Positions 26,710 through 42,000 of a stretch of DNA of 64,000 nt are shown here, one piece after another; positions within the stretch are counted from its first letter, which is position 1, and each line of letters begins with the position of its first letter. Origin of the DNA: Eledone cirrhosa (Eukaryota); contig OZ024740.1 of the NCBI GenBank assembly GCA_964016885.1, positions 137,888,001 to 137,952,000 of the forward strand, written 5' to 3'. The notes under the pieces are model-generated. The model ran no database searches, was not told the DNA's origin, and saw nothing but the letters and a program-made list of their open reading frames with translations. The position numbers and the translations under genes were made by a program.

Positions 26710-28770
26710 TCTTTCTCTAATCACTTTTCTTTCAATCTCCAATTCTCTCTTTCTCTTATCACTTTTCTCTCAATCTCCAATTCTCTCTTTCTCCTCTCAC
26801 TCTTCCCCCAATCTCCAATTCTCTCTCTTTCTCTTATCACTTTTCTCTCAATCTCCAATTCTCTCTTTCTTTTCTCACTTTTCCCCCAATCTCCAATTCT
26901 CTCTTTCTCTTCACACTTTTTCCCCCAATCTGCAATTCTCTCTTTCTCTCATCAATTTTCTCTATATCTCCAATTCTCTCTTCCTCTTATCATTTTTCTC
27001 TCAATCTCCAATTCTCTCTTTCTCTTCTCACTTTTCCCCCAATCTCCAATTCTCTCTTTCTCTTCTCATTTTTCCCCCAATCTCCAATTCTCTCTTTCTC
27101 TCATCACTTTTCTCTCAATCTCCGATTCTCTCTTTCTCTTATCACTTTTCTCAAAATCTCCAATTCTATCTTTCTCTTCTCACTTTTCTCTCAATCTCCA
27201 ATCCTCTCTTTCTGTTATCACTTTTCTTTCAATCTCCAATTCTCTATTTCTCTTATCACTTTTCCCCCAATCTCCAATTCTTTCTTTCTCTTATTACTTT
27301 TCTCTCAATTTCTAATTCTCTCTTTCTCTTATCACTTTTCTTTCAATCTCCAATTCTCTCTTTCTCTTATCACTTTTCTCTCAATCTCCAATTCTCTCTT
27401 TCTCCTCTCACTTTTCCCCCAATCTCCAATTCTCTCTTTCTCTTATCACTTTTCTCTCAATCTCCAATTCTCTCTTTCTTTTCTCACTTTTCCCCCAATC
27501 TCCAATTATCTCTTTCTCTTCACACTTTTCCCCCAATCTCCAATTCTCTCTTTCTCCTCTCACTTTTCCCCCAATCTCCAATTCTCTCTCTTTCTCTTAT
27601 TACTTTTCTCTCAATCTCCAATTCTCTCTTTCTTTTCTCACTTTTCCCCCAATCTCCAATTCTCTCTTTATCTTCACGCTTTTCCCCAAATCTCCAATTC
27701 TCTCTTTCTCTCATCAATTTTCTCTATATCTCCAATTCTCTCTTCCTCTTATCTTTTTTCTCTTAATCTCCAATTCTCTCTTTCTCTTCTCACTTTTCCC
27801 TCAATCTCCAATTCTCTCTTTCTCTTTTCACTTTTCCCTCAATCTCCAATTCTCTCTTTCTCTTTTCACTTTTCTCTCAATCTCCAATTCTCTCTTTCTA
27901 TCATCACTTTTCTCTCAATCTCTAATTCTCTCATTCTCTTATCAATTTTCTCTCAATCTCCAATTCTCTCTTTCTCTTATCACTTTTCTTTCAATCTCCA
28001 ATTCTCTCTTTCTCTTATCACTTTTCTCTCAATCTCCAATTCTCTCTTTCTCCTCTCACTCTTCCCCCAATCTCCAATTCTCTCTCTTTCTCTTATCACT
28101 TTTCTCTCAATCTCCAATTCTCTCTTTCTTTTCTCACTTTTCCCCCAATCTCCAATTCTCTCTTTCTCTTCACACTTTTTTCCCCAATCTGCAATTCTCT
28201 CTTTCTCTCATCAATTTTCTCTATATCTCCAATTCTCTCTTCCTCTTATCATTTTTCTCTCAATCTCCAATTCTCTCTTTCTCTTCTCACTTTTCCCCCA
28301 ATCTCCAATTCTCTCTTTCTCTTCTCACTTTTCCCCCAATCTCCAATTCTCTCTTTCTCTCATCACTTTTCTCTCAATCTCCAATTCTCTCTTTCTCTTA
28401 TCACTTTTCTCAAAATCTCCAATTCTATCTTTCTCTTCTCACTTTTCTCTCAATCTCCAATCCTCTCTTTCTGTTATCACTTTTCTTTCAATCTCCAATT
28501 CTCTATTTCTCTTATCACTTTTCCCCCAATCTCCAATTCTTTCTTTCTCTTATTACTTTTCTCTCAATTTCTAATTCTCTCTTTCTCTTATCACTTTTCT
28601 TTCAATCTCCAATTCTCTCTTTCTCTTATCACTTTTCTCTCAATCTCCAATTCTCTCTTTCTCCTCTCACTTTTCCCCCAATCTCCAATTCTCTCTTTCT
28701 CTTATCACTTTTCTCTCAATCTCCAATTCTCTCTTTCTTTTCTCACTTTTCCCCCAATCTCCAATTCTCT
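26710..28770. repeat. ~1259-bp offset duplication
   Basis: The rare CACTCTTCCCCC variant occurs at 26802 and 28061, each followed by a 40-bp monomer and a +1 T CACACTTTTT variant. Confidence 0.75.
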
Positions 28771-30019
28771 CTTTCTTTCATCACTTTTCTCTCAATCTCC
28801 AATTCTCTCTTTCTCTTATCACTTTTCTGCCAATCTCCAATTCTTTCTTTCTCTTATCACTTTACTCTCAATCTCCAATTCTCTCTTTATCTTATCACTT
28901 TTCTCTCAATTTCCAATTCTCTCTTTCTTTTATCACTTTTCTCTCAATCTCTAATTCTCTCTTTCTCTTATCAATTTTCTCTCAATCTCCAATTCTTTCT
29001 TTCTCTAATCACTTTTCTCTCAATCTCCAATTCTCTCTTTCTCTTATCACTTTTCCCCCAATCTACAATTCTCTCTTTCTCTAATCACTTTTCTTTCAAT
29101 CTCCAATTCTCTCTTTCTCTTATCACTTTTCTCTCAATCTCCAATTCTCTCTTTCTCCTCTCACTTTTCCCCCAATCTCCAATTCTCTCTATTTCTCTTA
29201 TCAGTTTTCTCTCAATCTCCAATTTTCTCTTTCTTTTCTCACTTTTCCCCCAATCTCCAATTCTCTCTTTCTCTTCACACTTTTCCCCCAATCTGCAATT
29301 CTCTCTTTCTCTCATCAATTTTCTCTATATCTCCAATTCTCTCTTCCTCTTACCATTTTTCTCTTAATCTCCAATTCTCTCTTTCTCTTCTCACTTTTCC
29401 CCCAATCTCTAATTCTCTCTTTCTCTTATCACTTTTCTCTCAATCTCCAATTCTCTCTTTCTTTCATCACTTTTCTCTCAATCTCCAATTCTCTCTTTCT
29501 CTTATCACTTTTCTCTCAATCTCCAATTCTCTCTTTCTCTTATCACTTTTCTCTCAATATCTAATTCTCTGTTTCTCTTATCACTTTTCTCTCAATCTCC
29601 AATTCTCTCTTTCTCTTATCACTTTTCTGCCAATCTCCAATGCTCTCTTTCTCTTATCACTTTACTCTCAATCTCCAATTCTCTCTTTCTCTTATCACTT
29701 TTCTCTCAATTTCCAATTCTCTCTTTCTCTTATCACTTTTCTCTCAATCTCTAATTCTCTCTTTCTCTTATCAATTTTCTCTCAATCTCCAATTCTTTCT
29801 TTCCCTAATCACTTTTCTCTCAATCTCCAATTCTCTCTTTCTCTTATCACTTTTCCCCCAATCTACAACTCTCTCTTTCTCTTATCACTTTTCTTTCAAT
29901 CTCCAATTCTCTCTTTCTCTTATCACTTTTCTCTCAATCTCCAATTCTCTCTTTCTCCTCTCACTTTTCCCCCAATCTCCAATTCTCTCTTCCTCTTATC
30001 ATTTTTCTCTTAATCTCCA

Positions 30020-33000
30020 ATTCTCTCTTTCTCTTCTCACTTTTCCCCCAATCTCCAATTCTCTCTTTCTATTCTCAGTTTTCCCCCAATCTCCAATTCT
30101 CTCTTTCTCTCATCACTTTTCTCTCAATCTCCAATTCTCTCTTTCTCTTATCACTTTTCTCAAAATCTCCAATTCTATCATTCTCTTCTCACTTTTCTCT
30201 CAATCTCCAATCCTCTCTTTCTGTTATCACTTTTCTCTCAATCTCCAATTATCTCTTACTCTTATCACTTTTCTCTCAATCTCCAATTCTCTATTTCTCT
30301 TATCACTTTTCCCCCAATCTCCAATTCTCTCTTTCTCTAATCACTTTTCTCCCAATCTACAATTCTCTCTTTCTCTCATCAATTTTCTCTATATATCCAA
30401 TTCTCTCTTCCTCTTATCATTTTTCTCTCAATCTCCAATTCTCTCTTTCTATTCTCACTTTTCCCCCAATATCCAATTCTCTCTTTCTCTTCTCACTTTT
30501 CACCCAATCTCCAATTCTCTCTTTCTCTTCTCACATTTCCCCCAATCTCCAATTCTCTCTTTCTCTTATCACTTTTCTCTCAATATCTAATTCTCTCTTT
30601 CTCTTATCACTTTTCTCTCAATCTCCAATTCTCTCTTTCTCTTATCACTTTTCTGCCAATCCACAATTCTCTCTTTCTCTTATCACTTTACTCTCAATAT
30701 CCAATTCTCTCTTTCTTTTCTCACTTTTCACCCAATCTCCAATTCTCTCTTTCTCTTCTCACTTTTCCCCCAATCTCCAATTCTCTCTTTCTCTTATCAC
30801 TTTTCTCTCAATATCTAATTCTCTCTTTCTCTTATCACTTTTCTCTCAATCTCCAATTCTCTCTTTCTCTTATCACTTTTCTGCCAATCCCCAATTCTCT
30901 CTTTCTCTTATCACTTTACTCTCAATCTCCAATTCTCTCTTTCTCTTATCACTTTTCTCTCAATTTCCAATTCTCTCTTTCTCTTATCACTTTTCTCTCA
31001 ATCTCTAATTCTCTCTTTCTCTTATCAATTTTCTCTCAATCTCCAATTCTTTCTTTCTCTAATCACTTTTCTCTCAATCTCCAATTCTCTCTTTCTCTTA
31101 TCACTTTTCCCCCAATCTACAATTCTCTCTTTCTCTTATCACTTTTTCTCTCAATCTCCAATTCTCTCTTTCTCATATCACTTTTTTCTCAATCTCCAAT
31201 TCTCTCTTTCTCTTATCAATTTTCTCTCAATCTCCAATTCTTTCTTTCTCTTATCACTTTTCTCTCAATCTCCAATACTCTCTTTCTCTTATCACTTTTC
31301 TCTCAATCTCCAATTCTTTCTTTCTCTTATCACTTTTCTCTCAATCTCCAATACTCTCTTTCTCTTATCATTTTTCTCTTAATCTCCAATTCTCTCTTTC
31401 TCTTCTCACTTTTCCCCCAATCTCCAATTCTCTCTTTCTATTCTCAGTTTTCCCCCAATCTCCAATTCTCTCTTTCTCTCATCACTTTTCTCTCAATCTC
31501 CAATTCTCTCTTTCTCTTATAACTTTTCTCAAAATCTCCAATTCTATCTTTCTCTTCTCACTTTTCTCTCCATCTCCAATCCTCTCTTTCTGTTATCACT
31601 TTTCTCTCAATCTCCAATTATCTCTTACTCTTATCACTTTTCTCTCAATCTCCAATTCTCTATTTCTCTTATCACTTTTCCCCCAATCTCCAATTCTCTC
31701 TTTCTCTTATCACTTTTCTCTCAATCTCCAATTCTCTCTTTCTCTCATCACTTTTCTCTCAATCTCCAATTCTCTCTTTCTCTTATCACTTTTCTGCCAA
31801 TCTCCAATTCTCTCTTTCTCTTATCACTTTACTCTCAATCTCCAATTCTCTCTTTCTCTTATCACTTTTCTCTCAATTTCCAATTCTCTCTTTCTCTTAT
31901 CACTTTTCTCTCAATCTCTAATTCTCTCTTTCTGTTATCAATTTTCTCTCAATCTCCAATTCTTTCTTTCTCTAATCACTTTTCTCTCAATCTCCAATTC
32001 TCTCTTTCTCTTATCACTTTTCCCCCAATCTACAATTCTCTCTTTCTCTTATCACTTTTCTCTCAATTTCCAATTCTCTCTTTCTCTTATCACTTTTCTC
32101 TCAATCTCTAATTCTCTCTTTCTCTTATCAATTTTCTCTCAATCTCCAATTCTTTCTTTCTCTCATCACTTTTCTCTCAATCTCCAATTCTCTCTTTCTC
32201 TTATAACTTTTCTCTATATCTCCAATTCTCTCTTCCTCTTATCATTTTTCTCTCAATCTCCAATTCTCTCTTTCTATTCTCACTTTTCCCCCAATATCCA
32301 ATTCTCTCTTTCTCTTCTCACTTTTCACCCAATCTCCAATTCTCTCTTTCTCTTCTCACATTTCCCCCAATCTCCAATTCTCTCTTTCTCTTATCACTTT
32401 TCTCTCAATATCTAATTCTCTCTTTCTCTTATCACTTTTCTCTCAATCTCCAATTCTCTCTTTCTCTTATCACTTTTCTGCCAATCCCCAATTCTCTCTT
32501 TCTCTTATCACTTTACTCTCAATATCCAATTCTCTCTTTCTTTTCTCACTTTTCACCCAATCTCCAATTCTCTCTTTCTCTTCTCACTTTTCCCCCAATC
32601 TCCAATTCTCTCTTTCTCTTATCACTTTTCTCTCAATATCTAATTCTCTCTTTCTCTTATCACTTTTCTCTCAATCTCCAATTCTCTCTTTCTCTTATCA
32701 CTTTTCTGCCAATCCCCAATTCTCTCTTTCTCTTATCACTTTACTCTCAATCTCCAATTCTCTCTTTCTCTTATCACTTTTCTCTCAATTTCCAATTCTC
32801 TCTTTCTCTTATCACTTTTCTCTCAATCTCTAATTCTCTCTTTCTCTTATCAATTTTCTCTCAATCTCCAATTCTTTCTTTCTCTAATCACTTTTCTCTC
32901 AATCTCCAATTCTCTCTTTCTCTTCTCACTTTTCCCCCAATCTCCAATTCTCTCTTTCTATTCTCAGTTTTCCCCCAATCTCCAATTCTCTCTTTCTCTC

Positions 33001-35800
33001 ATCACTTTTCTCTCAATCTCCAATTCTCTCTTTCTCTTATCACTTTTCTCAAAATCTCCAATTCTATCATTCTCTTCTCACTTTTCTCTCAATCTCCAAT
33101 CCTCTCTTTCTGTTATCACTTTTCTCTCAATCTCCAATTATCTCTTACTCTTATCACTTTTCTCTCAATCTCCAATTCTCTATTTCTCTTATCACTTTTC
33201 CCCCAATCTCCAATTCTCTCTTTCTCTAATCACTTTTCTCCCAATCTACAATTCTCTCTTTCTCTCATCAATTTTCTCTATATATCCAATTCTCTCTTCC
33301 TCTTATCATTTTTCTCTCAATCTCCAATTCTCTCTTTCTATTCTCACTTTTCCCCCAATATCCAATTCTCTCTTTCTCTTCTCACTTTTCACCCAATCTC
33401 CAATTCTCTCTTTCTCTTCTCACATTTCCCCCAATCTCCAATTCTCTCTTTCTCTTATCACTTTTCTCTCAATATCTAATTCTCTCTTTCTCTTATCACT
33501 TTTCTCTCAATCTCCAATTCTCTCTTTCTCTTATCACTTTTCTGCCAATCCACAATTCTCTCTTTCTCTTATCACTTTACTCTCAATATCCAATTCTCTC
33601 TTTCTTTTCTCACTTTTCACCCAATCTCCAATTCTCTCTTTCTCTTCTCACTTTTCCCCCAATCTCCAATTCTCTCTTTCTCTTATCACTTTTCTCTCAA
33701 TATCTAATTCTCTCTTTCTCTTATCACTTTTCTCTCAATCTCCAATTCTCTCTTTCTCTTATCACTTTTCTGCCAATCCCCAATTCTCTCTTTCTCTTAT
33801 CACTTTACTCTCAATCTCCAATTCTCTCTTTCTCTTATCACTTTTCTCTCAATTTCCAATTCTCTCTTTCTCTTATCACTTTTCTCTCAATCTCTAATTC
33901 TCTCTTTCTCTTATCAATTTTCTCTCAATCTCCAATTCTTTCTTTCTCTAATCACTTTTCTCTCAATCTCCAATTCTCTCTTTCTCTTATCACTTTTCCC
34001 CCAATCTACAATTCTCTCTTTCTCTTATCACTTTTTCTCTCAATCTCCAATTCTCTCTTTCTCATATCACTTTTTTCTCAATCTCCAATTCTCTCTTTCT
34101 CTTATCAATTTTCTCTCAATCTCCAATTCTTTCTTTCTCTTATCACTTTTCTCTCAATCTCCAATACTCTCTTTCTCTTATCACTTTTCTCTCAATCTCC
34201 AATTCTTTCTTTCTCTTATCACTTTTCTCTCAATCTCCAATACTCTCTTTCTCTTATCATTTTTCTCTTAATCTCCAATTCTCTCTTTCTCTTCTCACTT
34301 TTCCCCCAATCTCCAATTCTCTCTTTCTATTCTCAGTTTTCCCCCAATCTCCAATTCTCTCTTTCTCTCATCACTTTTCTCTCAATCTCCAATTCTCTCT
34401 TTCTCTTATAACTTTTCTCAAAATCTCCAATTCTATCTTTCTCTTCTCACTTTTCTCTCCATCTCCAATCCTCTCTTTCTGTTATCACTTTTCTCTCAAT
34501 CTCCAATTATCTCTTACTCTTATCACTTTTCTCTCAATCTCCAATTCTCTATTTCTCTTATCACTTTTCCCCCAATCTCCAATTCTCTCTTTCTCTTATC
34601 ACTTTTCTCTCAATCTCCAATTCTCTCTTTCTCTCATCACTTTTCTCTCAATCTCCAATTCTCTCTTTCTCTTATCACTTTTCTGCCAATCTCCAATTCT
34701 CTCTTTCTCTTATCACTTTACTCTCAATCTCCAATTCTCTCTTTCTCTTATCACTTTTCTCTCAATTTCCAATTCTCTCTTTCTCTTATCACTTTTCTCT
34801 CAATCTCTAATTCTCTCTTTCTGTTATCAATTTTCTCTCAATCTCCAATTCTTTCTTTCTCTAATCACTTTTCTCTCAATCTCCAATTCTCTCTTTCTCT
34901 TATCACTTTTCCCCCAATCTACAATTCTCTCTTTCTCTTATCACTTTTCTCTCAATTTCCAATTCTCTCTTTCTCTTATCACTTTTCTCTCAATCTCTAA
35001 TTCTCTCTTTCTCTTATCAATTTTCTCTCAATCTCCAATTCTTTCTTTCTCTCATCACTTTTCTCTCAATCTCCAATTCTCTCTTTCTCTTATAACTTTT
35101 CTCTATATCTCCAATTCTCTCTTCCTCTTATCATTTTTCTCTCAATCTCCAATTCTCTCTTTCTATTCTCACTTTTCCCCCAATATCCAATTCTCTCTTT
35201 CTCTTCTCACTTTTCACCCAATCTCCAATTCTCTCTTTCTCTTCTCACATTTCCCCCAATCTCCAATTCTCTCTTTCTCTTATCACTTTTCTCTCAATAT
35301 CTAATTCTCTCTTTCTCTTATCACTTTTCTCTCAATCTCCAATTCTCTCTTTCTCTTATCACTTTTCTGCCAATCCCCAATTCTCTCTTTCTCTTATCAC
35401 TTTACTCTCAATATCCAATTCTCTCTTTCTTTTCTCACTTTTCACCCAATCTCCAATTCTCTCTTTCTCTTCTCACTTTTCCCCCAATCTCCAATTCTCT
35501 CTTTCTCTTATCACTTTTCTCTCAATATCTAATTCTCTCTTTCTCTTATCACTTTTCTCTCAATCTCCAATTCTCTCTTTCTCTTATCACTTTTCTGCCA
35601 ATCCCCAATTCTCTCTTTCTCTTATCACTTTACTCTCAATCTCCAATTCTCTCTTTCTCTTATCACTTTTCTCTCAATTTCCAATTCTCTCTTTCTCTTA
35701 TCACTTTTCTCTCAATCTCTAATTCTCTCTTTCTCTTATCAATTTTCTCTCAATCTCCAATTCTTTCTTTCTCTAATCACTTTTCTCTCAATCTCCAATT
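30020..35800. repeat. 2889-bp (76-monomer) near-perfect tandem duplication containing 228-bp (6-monomer) sub-repeats
   Basis: CTATCATT at 30180/33069 and GCCAATCCACAA at 30661/33550. ATATATCC and TATAAC variants share the same offset. TTCACCCAAT has its A at 30502 and 30730. Confidence 0.9.
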
Positions 35801-38800
35801 CTCTCTTTCTCTTATCACTTTTCCCCCAATCTACAATTCTCTCTTTCTCTTATCACTTTTTCTCTCAATCTCCAATTCTCTCTTTCTCATATCACTTTTT
35901 TCTCAATCTCCAATTCTCTCTTTCTCTTATCAATTTTCTCTCAATCTCCAATTCTTTCTTTCTCTTATCACTTTTCTCTCAATCTCCAATACTCTCTTTC
36001 TCTTATCACTTTTCTCTCAATCTCCAATTCTTTCTTTCTCTTATCATTTTTCTCTTAATCTCCAATTCTCTCTTTCTCTTCTCACTTTTCCCCCAATCTC
36101 CAATTCTCTCTTTCTATTCTCAGTTTTCCCCCAATCTCCAATTCTCTCTTTCTCTCATCACTTTTCTCTCAATCTCCAATTCTCTCTTTCTCTTCTCACT
36201 TTTCTCTCAATCTCCAATCCTCTCTTTCTGTTATCACTTTTCTCTCAATCTCCAATTATCTCTTACTCTTATCACTTTTCTCTCAATCTCCAATTCTCTA
36301 TTTCTCTTATCACTTTTCCCCCAATCTCCAATTCTCTCTTTCTCTTATCACTTTTCTCTCAATCTCCAATTCTCTCTTTCTCTCATCACTTTTCTCTCAA
36401 TCTCCAATTCTCTCTTTCTCTTATCACTTTTCTGCCAATCTCCAATTCTCTCTTTCTCTTATCACTTTACTCTCAATCTCCAATTCTCTCTTTCTCTTAT
36501 CACTTTTCTCTCAATTTCCAATTCTCTCTTTCTCTTATCACTTTTCTCTCAATCTCTAATTCTCTCTTTCTCTTATCAATTTTCTCTCAATCTCCAATTC
36601 TTTCTTTCTCTAATCACTTTTCTCTCAATCTCCAAGTCTCTCTTTCTCTTATCACTTTTCCCCCAATCTACAATTCTCTCTTTCTCTCATCAATTTTCTC
36701 TATATCTCCAATTCTCTCTTCCTCTTATCATTTTTCTCTCAATCTCCAATTCTCTCTTTCTATTCTCACTTTTCCCCCAATATCCAATTCTCTCTTTCTC
36801 TTCTCACTTTTCACCCAATCTCCAATTCTCTCTTTCTCTTCTCACTTTTCCCCCAATCTCCAATTCTCTCTTTCTCTTATCACTTTTCTCTCAATATCTA
36901 ATTCTCTCTTTCTCTTATCACTTTTCTCTCAATCTCCAATTCTCTCTTTCTCTTATCACTTTTTTGCCAATCCCCAATTCTCTCTTTCTCTTATCACTTT
37001 ACTCTCAATATCCAATTCTCTCTTTCTCTTCTCACTTTTCACCCAATCTCCACTTCTCTCTTTCTCTTCTCACTTTTCCCCCAATCTCCAATTCTCTCTT
37101 TCTCTTATCACTTTTCTCTCAATATCTAATTCTCTCTTTCTCTTATCAATTTTCTCTCAATCTCCAATTCTTTCTTTCTCTAATCACTTTTCTCTCAATC
37201 TCCAATTCTCTCTTTCTCTTATCACTTTTCCCCCAATCTACAATTCTCTCTTTCTCTTATCACTTTTTCTCTCAATCTCCAATTCTCTCTTTCTCATATC
37301 ACTTTTTTCTCAATCTCCAATTCTCTCTTTCTCTTATCAATTTTCTCTCAATCTCCAATTCTTTCTTTCTCTTATCACTTTTCTCTCAATCTCCAATACT
37401 CTCTTTCTCTTATCACTTTTCTCTCAATCTCCAATTCTTTCTTTCTCTTATCACTTTTCTCTCAATCTCCAATACTCTCTTTCTCTTATCATTTTTCTCT
37501 TAATCTCCAATTCTCTCTTTCTCTTCTCACTTTTCCCCCAATCTCCAATTCTCTCTTTCTATTCTCAGTTTTCCCCCAATCTCCAATTCTCTCTTTCTCT
37601 CATCACTTTTCTCTCAATCTCCAATTCTCTCTTTCTCTTATCACTTTTCTCAAAATCTCCAATTCTATCTTTCTCTTCTCACTTTTCTCTCAATCTCCAA
37701 TCCTCTCTTTCTGTTATCACTTTTCTCTCAATCTCCAATTATCTCTTACTCTTATCACTTTTCTCTCAATCTCCAATTCTCTATTTCTCTTATCACTTTT
37801 CCCCCAATCTCCAATTCTCTCTTTCTCTTATCACTTTTCTCTCAATCTCCAATTCTCTCTTTCTCTCATCACTTTTCTCTCAATCTCCAATTCTCTCTTT
37901 CTCTTATCACTTTTCTGCCAATCTCCAATTCTCTCTTTCTCTTATCACTTTACTCTCAATCTCCAATTCTCTCTTTCTCTCATCATTTTTCTCTCAATTT
38001 CCAATTCTCTCTTTCTCTTATCACTTTTCTCTCAATCTCTAATTCTCTCTTTCTCTTATCAATTTTCTCTCAATCTCCAATTCTTTCTTTCTCTAATCAC
38101 TTTTCTCTCAAACTCCAATTCTCTCTTTCTCTTATCACTTTTCCCCCAATCTACAATTCTCTCTTTCTCTCATCAATTTTCTCTATATCTCCAATTCTCT
38201 CTTCCTCTTATCATTTTTCTCTCAATCTCCAATTCTCTCTTTCTATTCTCACTTTTCCCCCAATATCCAATTCTCTCTTTCTCTTCTCACTTTTCACCCA
38301 ATCTCCAATTCTCTCTTTCTCTTCTCACTTTTCCCCCAATCTCCAATTCTCTCTTTCTCTTATCACTTTTCTCTCAATATCTAATTCTCTCTTTCTCTTA
38401 TCACTTTTCTCTCAATCTCCAATTCTCTCTTTCTCTTATCACTTTTCTGCCAATCCCCAATTCTCTCTTTCTCTTATCACTTTACTCTCAATATCCAATT
38501 CTCTCTTTCTCTTATCAATTTTCACCCAATCTCCAATTCTCTCTTTCTCTTCTCACTTTTCCCCCAATCTCCAATTCTCTCTTTCTCTTATCACTTTTCT
38601 CTCAATATCTAATTCTCTCTTTCTCTTATCACTTTTCTCTCAATCTCCAATTCTCTCTTTCTCTTATCACTTTTCTGCCAATCCCCAATTCTCTCTTTCT
38701 CTTATCACTTTACTCTCAATCTCCAATTCTCTCTTTCTCTTATCACTTTTCTCTCAATTTCCAATTCTCTCTTTCTCTAATCACTTTTCTCTCAATCTCC

Positions 38801-39049
38801 AATTCTCTCTTTCTCTTATCACTTTTCCCCCAATCTACAATTCTCTCTTTCTCTTATCACTTTTTCTCTCAATCTCCAATTCTCTCTTTCTCATATCAAT
38901 TTTCTCTCAATCTCCAATTCTTTCTTTCTCTTATCACTTTTCTCTCAATCTCCAATACTCTCTTTCTCTTATCACTTTTCTCTCAATCTCCAATTCTTTC
39001 TTTCTCTTATCACTTTTCTCTCAATCTCCCATTCTGTCTTTCTCTTATC

Positions 39050-42000
39050 ACTTTTCCCCCAATCTCCAATTCTCTCTTTCTCATATCACTTTTCTCTCAA
39101 TCTCCAATTCTCTCTTTCTCTTATCAGTTTTCTCTCAATCTCCAATTCTCTCGTTCTCATATCACTTTTCTCCCAATCTCCAATTCTCTCTTTCTCTCAT
39201 CAATTTTCTCTATATCTCCAATTCTCTCTTCCTCTTATCAATTTTCTCTTAATCTCCAATTCTCTCTTTCTCTTCTCACTTTTCCCCCAATCTCTAATTC
39301 TCTCTTTCTCTTATCACTTTTCTCTCAATCTCCAATTCTCTCTTTCTTTCATCACTTTTCTCTCAATCTCCAATTCTCTCTTTCCCTTATCACTTTTCTC
39401 TCAATCTCCAATTCTCTCTTTCTCTTATCACTTTTCTCTCAATATCTAATTCTCTCTTTCTCTTATCACTTTTCTCTCAATCTCTAATTCTCTCTTTCTC
39501 TTATCAATTTTATCTCAATCTCCAATTCTTTCTTTCCCTAATTACTTTTCTCTCAATATCCAATTCTCTCTTTCTCTTATCACTTTTCCCCCAATCTACA
39601 ACTCTCTATTTCTCTTATCACTTTTCTCTCAATCTCCAATTCTCTCTTTCTCATATCACTTTTCCCCCAATCTCCAATTCTCTCTCTTTCTCTTATCACT
39701 TTTCTCTCAATCTCCAATTCTCTCTTTCTTTTCTCACTTTTCCCCCAATCTGCAATTCTCTCTTTCTCTCATCAATTTTCTCTATATCTCCAATTCTCTC
39801 TTCCTCTTATCATTTTTCTCTCAATCTCCAATTCTCTCTTTCTCTTATCACTTTTCTCTCAATCTCCAATTCTCTATTTCTCTTATCACTTTTCCCCCAA
39901 TCTCCAATTCTCTCTTTCTCTTATCACTTTTCTCTCAATCTCCAATTCTTTCTTTCTCTTATTACTTTTCTCTCAATTTCTAATTCTCTCTTTCTCTTTT
40001 CACTTTTCTTTCAATCTCCAATTCTCTCTTTGTCTTATCACTTTTCTCTCAATCTCCAATTCTCTCTTCCTCTTATCATTTTTCTCTTAATCTCCAATTC
40101 TCTCTTTCTCTTCTCACTTTTCCCCCAATCTCCAATTCTCTCTTTCTCTTCTCACTTTTCCCCCAATCTCCAATTCTCTTTTTCTCTCATCACTTTTCTC
40201 TCAATCTCCAATCCTCTCTTTCTGTTATCACTTTTCTCTCAATCTCCAATTCTCTTTTTCTCTTATCACTTTACTCTCAATCTCCAATTCTCTCTTTCTT
40301 TCATCACTTTTCTCTCAATCTCCGATTCTCTCTTTCTCTTATAACTTTTCTCTCAATCTCCAATTCTCTCTTTCTCTTATCACTTTTCCTCCAATATCCA
40401 ATTCTCTCTTTCTCTTATCACTTTTCTCTCAATCTCCAATTCTCTCTTTCTCTTATCACTTTTCTCTCAATCTCCAATTCTCTATTTCTCTTATCACTTT
40501 TCTCTCAATCTCCAATTCTCTCTTTCTCCTCTCACTTTTCCCCCAATCTCCAATTCTCTCTCTTTCTCTTATCACTTTTCTCTCAATCTCCAATTCTCTC
40601 TTTCTTTTCTCACTTTTCCCCCAATCTCCAATTCTCTCTTTCTCTTCACACTTTTCCCCCAATCTGCAATTCTCTCTTTCTCTCATCAATTTTCTCTATA
40701 TCTTCAATTCTCTCTTTCTCTTATCAATTTTCACCCAATCTCCAATTCTCTCTTTCTCTTCTCACTTTTCCCCCAATCTCCAATTCTCTCTTTCTCTTAT
40801 CACTTTTCTCTCAATATCTAATTCTCTCTTTCTCTTATCACTTTTCTCTCAATCTCCAATTCTCTATCCTCTCTTATCACTTTTCCCCCAATCTCCAATT
40901 CTCTCTTTCTCTTATCACTTTTCTCTCAATCTCCAATTCTTTCTTTCTCTTATTACTTTTCTCTCAATTTATAATTCTCTCTTTCTCTTTTCACTTTTCT
41001 TTCAATCTCCAATTCTCTCTTTGTCTTATCACTTTTCTCTCAATCTCCAATTATCTCTTTCTCCTCTCACTTTTCCCCCAATCTCCAATTCTCTCTCTTT
41101 CTCTTATCACTTTTCTCTCAATCTCCAATTCTCTCTTTCTCTTCACACTTTTCCCCCAATCTCCAATTCTCTCTTTCTCTCATCACTTTTCCCCCAATCT
41201 CCAATTCTCTCTTTCTCATATCACTTTTCTCTCAATCTCCAATTCTCTCTTTCTCTTATCAGTTTTCTCTCAATCTCCAATTCTCTCGTTCTCATATCAC
41301 TTTTCTCCCAATCTCCAATTCTCTCTTTCTCTCATCAATTTTCTCTATATCTCCAATTCTCTCTTCCTCTTATCAATTTTCTCTTAATCTCCAATTCTCT
41401 CTTTCTCTTCTCACTTTTCCCCCAATCTCTAATTCTCTCTTTCTCTTATCACTTTTCTCTCAATCTCCAATTCTCTCTTTCTTTCATCACTTTTCTCTCA
41501 ATCTCCAATTCTCTCTTTCCCTTATCACTTTTCTCTCAATCTCCAATTCTCTCTTTCTCTTATCACTTTTCTCTCAATATCTAATTCTCTCTTTCTCTTA
41601 TCACTTTTCTCTCAATCTCTAATTCTCTCTTTCTCTTATCAATTTTATCTCAATCTCCAATTCTTTCTTTCCCTAATTACTTTTCTCTCAATATCCAATT
41701 CTCTCTTTCTCTTATCACTTTTCCCCCAATCTACAACTCTCTATTTCTCTTATCACTTTTCTCTCAATCTCCAATTCTCTCTTTCTCATATCACTTTTCC
41801 CCCAATCTCCAATTCTCTCTCTTTCTCTTATCACTTTTCTCTCAATCTCCAATTCTCTCTTTCTTTTCTCACTTTTCCCCCAATCTGCAATTCTCTCTTT
41901 CTCTCATCAATTTTCTCTATATCTCCAATTCTCTCTTCCTCTTATCATTTTTCTCTCAATCTCCAATTCTCTCTTTCTCTTATCACTTTTCTCTCAATCT

